Shown one piece after another: positions 1 to 10,869 of a stretch of DNA of 64,000 bases; within the stretch, counting starts at the first letter, position 1, and each line of letters opens with the position of its first letter. This DNA comes from an uncultured delta proteobacterium (GTDB lineage: Bacteria; Myxococcota_A; Polyangia; Polyangiales; Polyangiaceae): positions 640,001 to 704,000 of the forward strand of contig CAVOKF010000007.1 of NCBI GenBank assembly GCA_963696385.1. Reading direction: 5' to 3'. Made by a program: the position numbers and the translations under genes. The notes beneath the pieces were generated by a model. It was not told the origin of the DNA, made no database searches, and saw only the letters and a list, made by a program, of their open reading frames with translations.

Positions 1-357
1 GTGGTCTGGAACCCGGCGCAGATCGAGCCTCGAACGTGGGACGCGGTGATCGATTTCTACCGCCAGCTCGCGGAGCGAAACGAGGACTTCCGGCCGATGC
101 ATGCGCTTGCCCAGCACATCGCCTCGGTCCCGCGTGCATCCGATCTGTCCGGCGCGACGTCGGGAACGGCTCTTCTCGTGGCGCCCCACGGCGTAGACTG
201 GGCGTCCGGCGCCCTGCGGATCGACGTCGATTTCGCCGGAACGATTCGCTTCGTGCGCCAGCGTCGCCCGCCGGCACGGCCCAGCGTCACCCGGCACTCG
301 ACCCCATTTCTCATCGCCGCCTTTGACGCATTCGTTCGCCGGTCCGAATGGGGATAA
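1..357 (+). CDS. hypothetical protein (may be incomplete at the window edge)
   Basis: 118-aa ORF with protein-like composition and GC3-biased codons; no recognised motif. Confidence 0.55.
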   Translation: MVWNPAQIEPRTWDAVIDFYRQLAERNEDFRPMHALAQHIASVPRASDLSGATSGTALLVAPHGVDWASGALRIDVDFAGTIRFVRQRRPPARPSVTRHSTPFLIAAFDAFVRRSEWG

Positions 358-568
358 AGGTGCGCACCGCCCCGTCGACGTCCTTGCGACCTCCGGCCGC
401 GGGGCGCCCGGAAGCGCAGGGGCAACGCCTGGTCACGGCACGACGAAGGCTACTCGAGCGTGGGTCATCCTTGCAGTCTGGTTGCCTCGGACGCTTTCTC
501 GGACGAGTCCGGCTCGCCCCGGGGGTGACCCGTTTTCAGGGGCCAAGGATACCAACCCCGCACCGGCG

Positions 569-2818
569 ATGGGGTTTCTCGGACACATAAGGCCTCTGGC
601 GATCGGACCAAGCGGTAAGAAAACGCGTGCACTCCGAGGACCCGGCGACCGGGGCGGGCTGGCCCTGGGATCCCAGGCACGGATTCGCCCGCCGCCGTTG
701 TTCGGGGTCGTCGCGATCGCGGCCGGCGCCGGCGCGGCCGTGTGCAACGGGGCGTCGCCCGCGCTCGCTCAAACGGCCACGGCCGTAACCATTTCGGTGG
801 ACGCGACCGCGGCGGGGACCCCGCTCGAGCCGATTTGGGCATTCCACGGGTTCGACGAAGTCAACTACACAACCACCGCCGAAGGTCAGGCACTGCTCCA
901 AACGCTGGGACAGATGGCGCCGAGCCCGCACATTCGGTCGCATTTCCTGCTCAATACGGGAGACGGAGTGCCCTCGTTCAAGTGGGGCTCGACCAACGTG
1001 TACACCGTCGACGCAACAGGGGATCCGATTTACGACTGGACCTTGATGGACGGGATCATGGATACCGTCACCAGCGCGGGCGCCGTGCCGTTTGCGGAAA
1101 TCGGTTTCATGCCGGAAGCTCTGTCGACGCACCCCACGCCCTACCAAAACTCGGGCATTTACACGCTCGACGGCGGTTGCTTCTATCCGCCGACCGATTA
1201 CGCGAAATGGGGAGCGCTCATCCAAGCCTGGGCGACGCACTCGACTACCCGTTACCCCTCTGCCGCAAGCAGCTGGCAATGGGAACTGTGGAACGAGCCC
1301 GACATCGGTTATTGGCAAGGCACGTCCGCGGAATACGATGAGCTCTTCGATTACACCGAGTCCGCCCTGCATCAGGTGATGCCCACCGCCCCCCTCGGAG
1401 GTCCCGCGACGTCGGGGGCCGGAGCCTTTTTGACCCAGTTTCTTCAACACTGCGCGACGGGAACGGATGCCGTGACGGGCCAGACGGGCGTGCGCCTCGA
1501 CATGGTGACCTTCCACGCCAAGGGGGGCGTCGCCATGGCAGGCGGGAACGTCGAAATGAACCTGGGCCACCAGCTCCAGCTCCACAGCAACGGCTTCAGC
1601 ATCGTCGCGGGGTTTCCGCAGTACAAGCAAACCCCCATCGTCATCAGCGAAGCCGATCCCGACGGCTGTGCCGCGTGTCCCGAAAGTCAGGACGCGGCGT
1701 ATGCCTACCGCACCTCGCCCGCCTACGGCGCGTACGAAGTGGCGATGATGAAGCACACCCTCGAGCTCGAGTCGAGCCTGGGCGTCAACGTCCGAGGGGT
1801 TCTCGCCTGGGCCTTTCTTTTCGAAAATCAACCGTATTTTGCCGGCTATCGCGTGCTTTCGAGCAACGGAATCGACCTGCCTGTGCTCAATGCGTTCAAG
1901 CTCTTGGGGGGCTTACGCGGCATGAGCATCCCGGCCACGAGCACCGGTGCGCTGACGGTCGCCGACATTCTCGCCAACGGCGTTCGCGGGCAGGCCGACG
2001 TCAACGCGATGGCGACTCTCAACGGGCAGCAGGTTCAGGTTCTCATTTGGAACTACCACGACGACATCGTGACGGTGCCTGCGTCCCCGGTGCACTTGAG
2101 CGTTCAAGTGCCTGCCGCCTTCGGTCCACTCGCCATCGTCGACCACCTACGCGTCGACGACACACACGGCGACGCGTACACGACGTGGGTCGCGCAAGGC
2201 AGCCCGGCCAGTCCGTCCGCGGCGCAGTTGACGGCGCTGCAGCAAGCCATGACGCCGCAGCCGCTGCAGCCCGAGCAAATGGTGGCGGTGACCGCGGGCA
2301 CAGTCAGTCTCGATTTCAACTTGCCTCGCTTCGGGATCTCGCTCGTGAGTCTGGTTCCCCCCGGCGATGCACCCGATGCGTCGATCGGAGCCGCACCCCT
2401 TGACGCCGGGTTGGCGAGCGGCTCGTTGCCGGACGCCACCGCTACCGTTGTCGCGCAGGACGCCAGCGTCACGAGCGGAGGCGCCGGGGCCTCGAGCGCA
2501 GCGTCGTCGTCATTCGCGGGGCCATCCTCGTCGAGCAGTCCCGCCCCCGCGTCGATCGGGACCGCGCCGGCATCGGGTGGATCCGCGTCTTCTTCGGCCG
2601 GGCCGATCGAGGCCAACCGCGCGAACGCCGGATGCGGCTGTCGCGTCCTTGCCGACCCAGGTGACCCGCCGGCATGGCTGGCTGGGGTCCCGCTTTTGGT
2701 GTTGCTGGTCCGACGGCGTACGCAAAACCGCGAAGGGTGCCCGCGCCTCGTCCGCGGGCGAGAGCGTTCTTCACCCGAGGCGAGCGGTCGGGCTGCGCCG
2801 ACGCGGGCCAAGCGGTGA
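569..2818 (+). CDS. secreted glycoside hydrolase family 39 (beta-xylosidase-like) with MYXO-CTERM-like tail
   Basis: WELWNEPD acid/base motif, ISEADP nucleophile region, FHAKG; Ser/Ala linker then GCGC-x-hydrophobic-RRR tail; start uncertain (ORF open from 323). Confidence 0.85.
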   Translation: MGFLGHIRPLAIGPSGKKTRALRGPGDRGGLALGSQARIRPPPLFGVVAIAAGAGAAVCNGASPALAQTATAVTISVDATAAGTPLEPIWAFHGFDEVNYTTTAEGQALLQTLGQMAPSPHIRSHFLLNTGDGVPSFKWGSTNVYTVDATGDPIYDWTLMDGIMDTVTSAGAVPFAEIGFMPEALSTHPTPYQNSGIYTLDGGCFYPPTDYAKWGALIQAWATHSTTRYPSAASSWQWELWNEPDIGYWQGTSAEYDELFDYTESALHQVMPTAPLGGPATSGAGAFLTQFLQHCATGTDAVTGQTGVRLDMVTFHAKGGVAMAGGNVEMNLGHQLQLHSNGFSIVAGFPQYKQTPIVISEADPDGCAACPESQDAAYAYRTSPAYGAYEVAMMKHTLELESSLGVNVRGVLAWAFLFENQPYFAGYRVLSSNGIDLPVLNAFKLLGGLRGMSIPATSTGALTVADILANGVRGQADVNAMATLNGQQVQVLIWNYHDDIVTVPASPVHLSVQVPAAFGPLAIVDHLRVDDTHGDAYTTWVAQGSPASPSAAQLTALQQAMTPQPLQPEQMVAVTAGTVSLDFNLPRFGISLVSLVPPGDAPDASIGAAPLDAGLASGSLPDATATVVAQDASVTSGGAGASSAASSSFAGPSSSSSPAPASIGTAPASGGSASSSAGPIEANRANAGCGCRVLADPGDPPAWLAGVPLLVLLVRRRTQNREGCPRLVRGRERSSPEASGRAAPTRAKR

Positions 2819-2948
2819 TCGCTGAGCCGGAGGTCGCGCTTTCCGTTGCGTGCCGATGCGGACGATGAAGGCGGAACCGGCGGTGTGCCGCACGAAGATC
2901 GTCGAGGGTACGATGCGTGCATCACCCCGTGACGCCGAAAGAGAACCC

Positions 2949-3998
2949 ATGCATCCTCGCATTGCGCTTCGCTGGTGGATCATCCTGGGGGCGTTCTGGG
3001 GCGTGGCGCTTGCGGTTCGCACAGCGCAGGCCCGCTTGTGCGCCGCCGCCGCCGATTGTCCGACTGGTTTCACGTGCCAACCAGGCGGAACGGCGGCAGA
3101 CGGAGGGGTCGCGGGCCTCTGCGCGTCAATCGATTGTCAGAGCGATTCGGATTGCGGGCCGGCGCTGCGCTGCGATTTCAACATCGGCACGATATGCACG
3201 ACCGGTTCGGACGACGCGTCATCGTGCGTTGCGGACAATGCGTGCGTTCCGCAGTGGCAGGCGCCCTGCTTGACCGACGGCGACTGCGGTCCGGGGTTCG
3301 CCTGCTCCGGGAGCGACGTCATCTACGACTGCGGCCCGAGCCAGTACGACGCCGCTTTGCCGCCGTATGCGACTGGAACGAGCATTCCATGCGCCGATGT
3401 GCCCATGCCACCTTCTCCCGCGTGCTCGCCGGACGCGCAGGCGAACGCGTGCCCGAGGGGGCCTCCGATCTGCGACGCGGCCAGCAGCTGTCTCGCCGTC
3501 ACCTGGAATACGTGCGTCGCGCCGCCGACCATTTCCTGCACAGCGGACTCGGACTGTCCTTCGACCTGGACGTGTCCATGCCCGAACGGCATGTCTGTGG
3601 CTACCATCGCCAATGGCCCAGCCATCCTCGCCGACGCCAACGTGAGCCCGAGCGATGCGGACGTGTCCCCGAGCGACTCGGCGTGCGCGGCCGTCTGCAC
3701 GCCTCCCAACGCGGACCTGTCGCTCGGCTATGGCATCTACAATGGGGGTAACGCAAGCGCTCCGGCTGCGCTCGCAGGGGCCGTCGATGCCTCGGCCGCG
3801 CCCGCAGCCACGACGGGAACGGCCAGTAGTACCCCCGGTGAGCGAGCGGCGGGGGGCAACTCGACGGGGGGATGCCAGCTGGCGTTCGGGGTTGCGCCGG
3901 CGGGCTTGGCGCAAGAAGCGTCTTCGATCTTCGGGCTCGGCCTGGCTTGTCTTGCTTGCCTTCGAAGCTGCCGGCGCGCGCAACGTTTGCGTCGCTGA
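2949..3998 (+). CDS. Cys-rich secreted protein with MYXO-CTERM-like tail
   Basis: signal peptide, repeated C-x-x-D-x-D-C motifs, C-terminal GGC + hydrophobic helix + basic residues. Confidence 0.75.
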   Translation: MHPRIALRWWIILGAFWGVALAVRTAQARLCAAAADCPTGFTCQPGGTAADGGVAGLCASIDCQSDSDCGPALRCDFNIGTICTTGSDDASSCVADNACVPQWQAPCLTDGDCGPGFACSGSDVIYDCGPSQYDAALPPYATGTSIPCADVPMPPSPACSPDAQANACPRGPPICDAASSCLAVTWNTCVAPPTISCTADSDCPSTWTCPCPNGMSVATIANGPAILADANVSPSDADVSPSDSACAAVCTPPNADLSLGYGIYNGGNASAPAALAGAVDASAAPAATTGTASSTPGERAAGGNSTGGCQLAFGVAPAGLAQEASSIFGLGLACLACLRSCRRAQRLRR

Positions 3999-4004
3999 GG
4001 GTCC

Positions 4005-4085
4005 GGGGGTCGCGGTGTCCGCGTTTGCGGTAGTCGCGGTCGGGGTTGTCGGGGTCGGGGTCGGGGTAGTCAGGGTCGCGGTCGG
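4005..4085. repeat. degenerate (GGGGTC)-like hexamer tract between convergent genes
   Basis: cggggttgtc ggggtcgggg tcggggtagt cagggtc; same unit as the 5431 array, opposite orientation. Confidence 0.55.
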
Positions 4086-4099
4086 TTGGACGACTTGCC

Positions 4100-5107
4100 C
4101 TAGCCCAAAGCCTGTTGCATGACCCAGGTCGTGCGAATCGCAGTTTGACCGTTGCTGGGAGACACCGGCCCTACGCCGCGCAGCTCGTCGACGATCGCCT
4201 GAATGAGAGGCTGCTGGATGTGCTCCGGGTGCCCGATCGCCTCTTGCCGCGTGTCGCCGGACGCGAGTCTCACGCGGATCGGATCGTCGGCGAACGTGGC
4301 AAAGCGCAGCTCGCCTTCGCTTCCGGTCACCACGACCTCGTCGGCCACGTTGCCGGCAGCAAAGCAGAAACGCCCCACCCCGAGAATCCCGGATGCAAAT
4401 TGAAAGACCATGCCGACCGCGTCCTCGGCTGGATACAAGGACGCCTGGCGGCCGGCGATGCCGCTCACCTTCACGATGGGCCCGAGCGCGAAATCGAGAA
4501 AGTCCAAGATGTGGGACGCCAGATCGACGAAATGACCGCCGCCCGCGATCTCCGGGCGCACGCGCCACGGCAGCGTGTTCGGATCGCGCTCCGCCGGCGT
4601 CACCGAGCGCTGCAACGCGATGGAAACGAAGCGAATCGCGCCGATTTCGCCGCTTTGCAGGATCCGTCGAACCGCCAGGAACCGCGGCAATGCGCGACGA
4701 TAGTACGCGACGAAGAGCGGCGTTTCCGCAGCGCGGAAGGCGTCAATCATGCCCTGGCATTCCGCCACTGTGCGCGCCATCGGCTTTTCGACGTAACACG
4801 GCTTTTTCGCGCGTGCGCAGCGCAGCGCGAGATGGGCGTGGCTTTCCGGCGGCGTCGCGACATAGACGGCGTCGACGTCCGGATCGGCGATGAGTGCGTC
4901 GGCGTCGTCGTACCAGCGGCTGACCCCGTGGCGCGCCGCGTAGTCGCGCGCGAGCCCCGGGCTTCGACGCATGACCGCCACGAGGCGCGACCCCCGGGCC
5001 TTCTGAAATGCGGGACCGCTCTTCTTCTCCGTCACGTCACCGCACCCAAGGATGCCCCATCCAATGGGTCGGGGCTGCCCCGGATCGTGTCCACTCGCGC
5101 CGTCCAC
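4100..5107 (-). CDS. Gfo/Idh/MocA family oxidoreductase
   Basis: WGILGCG Rossmann start, VDAVYVATPP, YVEKPMA, GGGHFVDLASH; start inferred at GTG 5107. Confidence 0.9.
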   Translation of the reverse strand: MDGASGHDPGQPRPIGWGILGCGDVTEKKSGPAFQKARGSRLVAVMRRSPGLARDYAARHGVSRWYDDADALIADPDVDAVYVATPPESHAHLALRCARAKKPCYVEKPMARTVAECQGMIDAFRAAETPLFVAYYRRALPRFLAVRRILQSGEIGAIRFVSIALQRSVTPAERDPNTLPWRVRPEIAGGGHFVDLASHILDFLDFALGPIVKVSGIAGRQASLYPAEDAVGMVFQFASGILGVGRFCFAAGNVADEVVVTGSEGELRFATFADDPIRVRLASGDTRQEAIGHPEHIQQPLIQAIVDELRGVGPVSPSNGQTAIRTTWVMQQALG

Positions 5108-5429
5108 GCCTCCAGAGTATCGCAAAGGGACGGGGGCGCACCTACGGAGGCGCTTGCTGCCCACGGCGGGGTATGGTGCCAAGCCGGCAACCGGGTGACA
5201 GGGTTGCGGCGTGTGGCCTGCCTCCGCGATCAGCGACCGTACTCGTCGCGTCGTCGTACCCAAAACGGTCCGCGGTCCCCCTCGTCACCGAGGTTCGGGA
5301 CGAGATCCGGGTAGTGGTACGCGGTGTTCATCCTATCGGTCCCGCGACGGTACGCCGAAACCGTGGGAAACACGGCTCCGAGTCATCTTTGTAGAAGACG
5401 CTGACGGCCTCGCAATCGGAGGGCAATCT

Positions 5430-5682
<253 letters not shown>

Positions 5683-5721
5683 CATGCTATGGCAACGGCT
5701 CAAGAAACGGGGTCGAAGTCC

Positions 5722-6435
5722 ATGCCGGGCCAACTCGAAGGCAGACGAATTGTCATTACGGGTGTTTCGCGCGGGGTCGGATTCGAGACCGCAAAACGTT
5801 TCCTTCGCGAGGGTGCGCGCGTGTTGGGGGTCGCCCGCGACCCGGCGCGGCTATCGCTCGCCGCCGAGTCCCTTTCCTCGCTCGGTGACTTCGCCGCGGT
5901 GCACGCGGATCTCTCGGACGCGGTCGCGCGTCACGCCGTAGTCGACGCGGTCCAGCGGCGCTGGGGTGCGCTCGACGTGCTCTTCAACAACGCCGCGATC
6001 CTGGTCAACACCGGCGAGCCTCGCTCGTTCGAAGAGGAGCCGGCCGGCACGCTGGAGCGATCGATCGAGACCAACGCTCTCGCCCCTCACCGTCTGTCGA
6101 TGGCGCTCTTGCCGCTGCTCCGGCGAGGCCGTGAGCCGCGAATCGTTCACGTCGGCTCGGGCGCGGGGTCTTTCGAGGGCATGCGCCAGAGCGGACTTGC
6201 GAGTTATCGGCTGAGCAAATGGGCCCTGCACGGCTTGACGATGCTTTCGGCCGCGCATCTGCGCGGGGAAGTCGCCGTCAACGCGTTCGATCCCGGTTGG
6301 GTCAAAACGGATATGGGGGGCCCCAACGCGCCCGGCAGCCCGGTGGAATCGGCCGAGGGGGCGCTCGCGGTCGTGACACTACCCTTTCCCGTGACGGGCA
6401 AGTTCTGGAAAGACGGTCGCGAAATCCCGTTTTGA
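5722..6435 (+). CDS. SDR family NAD(P)-dependent oxidoreductase (carbonyl reductase-like)
   Basis: [18 protein letters not shown] catalytic motif, [10 protein letters not shown]; alternative start 5689. Confidence 0.9.
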   Translation: MPGQLEGRRIVITGVSRGVGFETAKRFLREGARVLGVARDPARLSLAAESLSSLGDFAAVHADLSDAVARHAVVDAVQRRWGALDVLFNNAAILVNTGEPRSFEEEPAGTLERSIETNALAPHRLSMALLPLLRRGREPRIVHVGSGAGSFEGMRQSGLASYRLSKWALHGLTMLSAAHLRGEVAVNAFDPGWVKTDMGGPNAPGSPVESAEGALAVVTLPFPVTGKFWKDGREIPF

Positions 6436-6456
6436 GGATCGCGCGACCGTGGAGCG

Positions 6457-9176
6457 TCACGGGCACCGAAGAATGGCCGTTGCCCCCGCCGGCGGCGAAC
6501 CGGGCGGAAAGGCGATCGCTTGCGCGCACGCGTTCGCGTTGGTGACGTAGCACCAGCCCGGATCGGTCGTCTCCGACTCGCAGGACCCGTTCGTGAAGTC
6601 AGCGCCGCTCGCCAAGACGCCGGGCGACGACGTGCCGGTCGGGACGAGTTGCTGAAGAACGCAGACCGACTGTGCGGCCGGATCCTGCAACCCAGAGCTT
6701 TTGCCGCCGTTGGACGTGTACGTGGCCTCGGCCGTCGCGCAGAACTGGGTGAGAACGGCGGACTCCGGCACGCTCAGGCCGTTGCCCGTGCACGTCGGAT
6801 TCAGACAAGTGCCGCCGTTGGTCGCAGGCATCTGGACGAGAATCAGGCACGACACGGCCGCCGATCCTCCGGTCCCGGCGGCGAGCGGCTCGGGCAAGCA
6901 CTGATTCGTGAGAGCATTCTTCAGCCGGTTGATGATCGTCGCGACCGCGGGCCGATAGCCGTAGTTGGGATCGTCGCCCGTAGCGTTGTCCGACACGTCG
7001 ATGGGGCAGAGCGACGAGACGATTCCCTGGTTGCCGAGCAGACGCGCCACCTGAAGCTCGCGGATCGTCGGGTAGGCCTTCGCCGACACTTGCTGCGTCG
7101 GAGTCTGCGCGTTGCAGAGCGGCGGAACTTCATCCGCGGTGAGACCGGTGGCGACAGCCGGACAGTCGCACTGGTAGTCGTTCTGGGCCTGCGTGCAGTC
7201 GCGTGGGGTCGCGAGCGGGAAGATGCACGCGTATTGCCGGTCGACCGGCAAGACATGCGGCGCGTAGGGCGTCACGCTCGTCGCGACGTACGGCATATTG
7301 GTGGTCCATTCGCGGCCATTCGTCGCGTCCGTTCCGTTCGCCGAGTTCGCCGCTGCAAGAGGATTGGTGCCTCCGGAATCGAAGGTCACGCCCGTGATGG
7401 TGGTTCGATCCACGTACGATTCGACCATGTGCGGATCGATCCCGTTGTAGTCGAAATTCGACGGATCGTTGGACGGCGTGCTGATGGTGACGGTCGCGGG
7501 GCCTTGGCCGAGAATCCTCACCCAGTCGTTCTGGTTCAGCTGGCTATTTTGCGCGCTGTTCGGATCGAAATGCAGCAGTTTGTTCGGAACACCGCCGATG
7601 ATCGCGTAGAAGATGAGGTCCGAGGTGCGCGTCCCGACCGGGAGATTGCACAGCGTGGACGCCGAAATATTCCCCGTGAGGGTCGCGCCGCTCGGAAGAC
7701 TCGCCGCGAAGAGTGGATTGGTGCAGTCGTTGGTCCCCACGTAGTAGTTCGCTCCGGCCGGATACTCACCCGCGCGATCCGGAACGACCGGCGACGACAG
7801 CCCGATGACATACCGCTGCCACGGATACTGCGGGTCGATGCCGTACTTCGCCCGCATGTGCACGTGCCGAAGGTTCGGGTCGTAGCCCCAATCGTTGAGC
7901 GCCGTGTACAGGGTCCCGGTATTTCCTTGCGTCGTGCAGTTCGGATCGGACGGGCCCGTTCCCCCGTTGCCACCCGAGCACTCGGGCGTGCCCATGGGCG
8001 GGTCGAAGCCCGCCCCCATGAAGAGGTAGCCGGCCCCGCCGAGCGACCGAACGTCAATCTCCGAGTCGTTCTCGTCGCTGAGGACAATCACGGCCACGAG
8101 CGAGTCCGGCCGCAGAAAGTCGGCCCGCTCTTGCAAAATCGTCGTGTCGACCCCGCTCCACTGGGCTTGATCGTAGCCCGTGCCGCCGACGACCAGGCTC
8201 GCATACGGGTCCGGCTGAACGAGGAAGCGATACCAGCTCTCGAGCTGCGATTCGATGCCGCAGCCGTAGATGCCGGCACCCTGCACCATCTCCGTGAAGT
8301 CGCTGACCAGCGTGGCCTGAGAGGCCTCCGGCATCAATCCGGTAGGAAGTGGGTTGGCCACTCCCATGTTCGCGGCGGTCTGCGGAAACCAGTCGAGAAA
8401 CCCGCTCGGCGACGCGGTCGTCGAAGGCGTGTAGGACGCCACGACCGCGTCGGCGACACTGCCTTCGGTGGCCGTGGCCATCCCGGCACCGTACGTCAGC
8501 GAACGCGCGATGAGATGCCCCTGGTCGTCGTTGTGGTCGGAGAGGTTTTGAAAGGGCGCCGACGCCATGGCGGTCGCTTGGCAGATGATTTCACCGCCTT
8601 GGCCCGGCCGCTGGTCGCTCAGCCGCTGGCCCAACGACGATGTCACAATGCCGAGGTGCATGTTGTGCACAGCCGGAAACTCGGGCTGGGTGTTCGGGTA
8701 CGCCGCGCAACTGGCGACGCCGTCGGCCACCGTCGAAGGCCCGGAGGAGATCGTCCCGGTCGCGTCGTCGACGCAATTGGGCGTCAAGAGACGGCCGATG
8801 AGGTCGGGAATGGCCTGGACAAGATAGGTCTGCTTGTCGCCCATCGACGCCGAATTATCGACGTCGAAGAGGATATCGACTTTCTGAATGGGCGCGCTCC
8901 GCAGGATCGTAGAAACTCCGCTCGACATCGCGCCGCTGCTGTCAACGCCCGTGCCCGCATCGTCGCGCCGTCGCCGGAGGCGCAATCGGAGCACGCGCCG
9001 CCGCTCGATCCAGCCGCGGTCGCCGTGTTTTGGGCCGATCCCGGACCGCCGTCCCCGTGGCCTGGGCCGACATCCACTTCGGCCGGAGCGATCTGCCCCG
9101 AACAAGATGCCGCCACGAGCGTCAACGTAACGCTTCGCCCGAGCGCACCCAACGACGAACCAACGACTCTCATCAT
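6457..9176 (-). CDS. myxobacterial vWA-domain (MIDAS) Cys-rich lipoprotein, frameshifted near 8965
   Basis: GGAGG RBS, lipobox VAASC in ORF 8784..9293; continues in ORF 6457..9105 with VDILFDVDNSASM (DxSxS) and FLRPDSLVAVIVLSDEND. Confidence 0.75.
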
Positions 9177-9252
9177 CCAGACCTCCCCACGCCTCCCGCT
9201 CACCCCGTCACTTCTCGATCGAACCGCTCGCAGACGCCCTCCCGGGTATCTG

Positions 9253-9267
9253 GCTATACCCGTCCCA
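9253..9267 (-). promoter_or_regulatory. possible sigma54 promoter
   Basis: minus strand TGGGACGGGTATAGC = GG-N10-GC about 80 bp upstream of the vWA gene. Confidence 0.35.
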
Positions 9268-9449
9268 TGGCCGAGACGGACACCGCCCGTCACGGGGACG
9301 CAAGCCTGCGCTCACCCCAGTCTCGAGTCCACGTCGCGCTGCAACGATCGCACCAGGCATAACTTCGGTCCGAATAGGCGCCATTCGGCCTGAACGGTCG
9401 GATCCGAGGATCCGAGTGGCACCCCTTGGCGCATGCAGCGGGTTCCACC

Positions 9450-10736
9450 CTACACCGGAGACGCCTCGCGCGCGTTCCGATGGCTTGCCCTCGCAAGCGC
9501 CAGAGCGACGACCATAAAGGCCGCCGCGAGATAGACCGCGGTGCCCGCGCCGAGCCCGACGTGCGGGCCACCAATCGACCAAGCAAAGACACCCGTGAAC
9601 AGCACCGGGCCGACGATCCCCGCAATGGCCATGAGCCCCGAATGGGCGCCCTGAAGGCGCCCCTGCTCGTGCTGCGCGACCCGCCGAGTGAGAAGGCCTT
9701 GATAGCCGGGTTGAACCAAGCCCATCAGCGAGAAGATGGGCAACGCGAGCCAGAACTGAAAACCCGTCGTGGCCAAGCCGTAGCCCATGAAGCCCACGGC
9801 CCCGGCAGCGAGGCCCGTGTAGAGGGCGCCGCGCTCGCCGAAGCGCCGGACAAATGGACCGACGACGAGGCCTTGGACCAGAACGCTTCCGATACCCACC
9901 CCCATGAGATTGAAGCCCACGGCCGACGGCCCCCACCCATACCGGTATCCCGTGTACAGAACGAAGGTGCTTTGGAGCACTTGGTGGGCGAGAAAGTAAA
10001 GAAATACGACGGAGGCCAGAGCGAGAAGCTCCGGATGGGAGCGCAGAAGCAAGAACGATCCGACGGGGTTGGCCTTCCGAGGGCTGAATGCGGCGCGCCG
10101 ATGCCTGGGCAACGATTCCGGGAGCACGAAGAGACCGTAGATGCCGTTCGTCAGGGCCAAACCAGCCGAGATCCAGAACGGGAGTCTGAGGTCGATGCCG
10201 CCGAGAAAGCCCCCCATGGCCGGCCCAAACACGAAACCGACGCCAAAGGCGGCCCCCATCAAGCCGAAACTCTTGGCTCGCCTTTCGGGCGGGGTGATGT
10301 CGGCGACGTAGGCGTTGGCGGTCGAGAAGCTTGCCGCCGTGATGCCCGAGAGCGTGCGGCCAACGAAGAGCCAGCCGATCGAGGGAGCCAGCCCCATGAT
10401 CGCATAATCGAAGCCCAATCCGAAAATCGAGACGAGCAACACCGGCCGACGCCCGAAGCGGTCCGAAAGCGCGCCCACGACCGGAGAGAAGACGAACTGC
10501 ATGACACCGAAGATCAAGCCGAACCAACCGACGTAGCGAGCCGCCTGCGCCGTATCGCCGTGCGTGAAGTTCTTGACGAGGTTGGGCAGGACCGGAATGA
10601 CGATGCCGAGCGCCAGGACGTCCATCAGGGCCGCGGCAAAGATGAAGCCAAGGGCCGCGCGACGCGTCCCTTGGCTCAGTGCCCCCTGCGGTGGCGGGGG
10701 CTTGCGCTCGTCGGGCGCTGCGGAAGTCTCGGCCAT
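9450..10736 (-). CDS. TCR/Tet family (DHA1) MFS transporter
   Basis: GIVIPVLP, GALSDRFGRRPVLL motif A, AYVADIT, GFVFGPAMGG motif C. Confidence 0.9.
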   Translation of the reverse strand: MAETSAAPDERKPPPPQGALSQGTRRAALGFIFAAALMDVLALGIVIPVLPNLVKNFTHGDTAQAARYVGWFGLIFGVMQFVFSPVVGALSDRFGRRPVLLVSIFGLGFDYAIMGLAPSIGWLFVGRTLSGITAASFSTANAYVADITPPERRAKSFGLMGAAFGVGFVFGPAMGGFLGGIDLRLPFWISAGLALTNGIYGLFVLPESLPRHRRAAFSPRKANPVGSFLLLRSHPELLALASVVFLYFLAHQVLQSTFVLYTGYRYGWGPSAVGFNLMGVGIGSVLVQGLVVGPFVRRFGERGALYTGLAAGAVGFMGYGLATTGFQFWLALPIFSLMGLVQPGYQGLLTRRVAQHEQGRLQGAHSGLMAIAGIVGPVLFTGVFAWSIGGPHVGLGAGTAVYLAAAFMVVALALARASHRNAREASPV

Positions 10737-10869
10737 GTCGATCCTCGAGCCGCGCCTGTATCACGGCCGACCGCCCAGGGGCACCGCGCCGGTGCCCTCA
10801 CCCGGTCACCACCTCCCGCCCGTCAGAGCCCGAGGACGTGGCCGTTGCGCAGCGGCCGGCCGCCCGACC

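Noticed and set aside
9450..10736. Acquired tetracycline-resistance gene
   Set aside because: Family-level similarity only; no tetR or mobile context; substrate unknown
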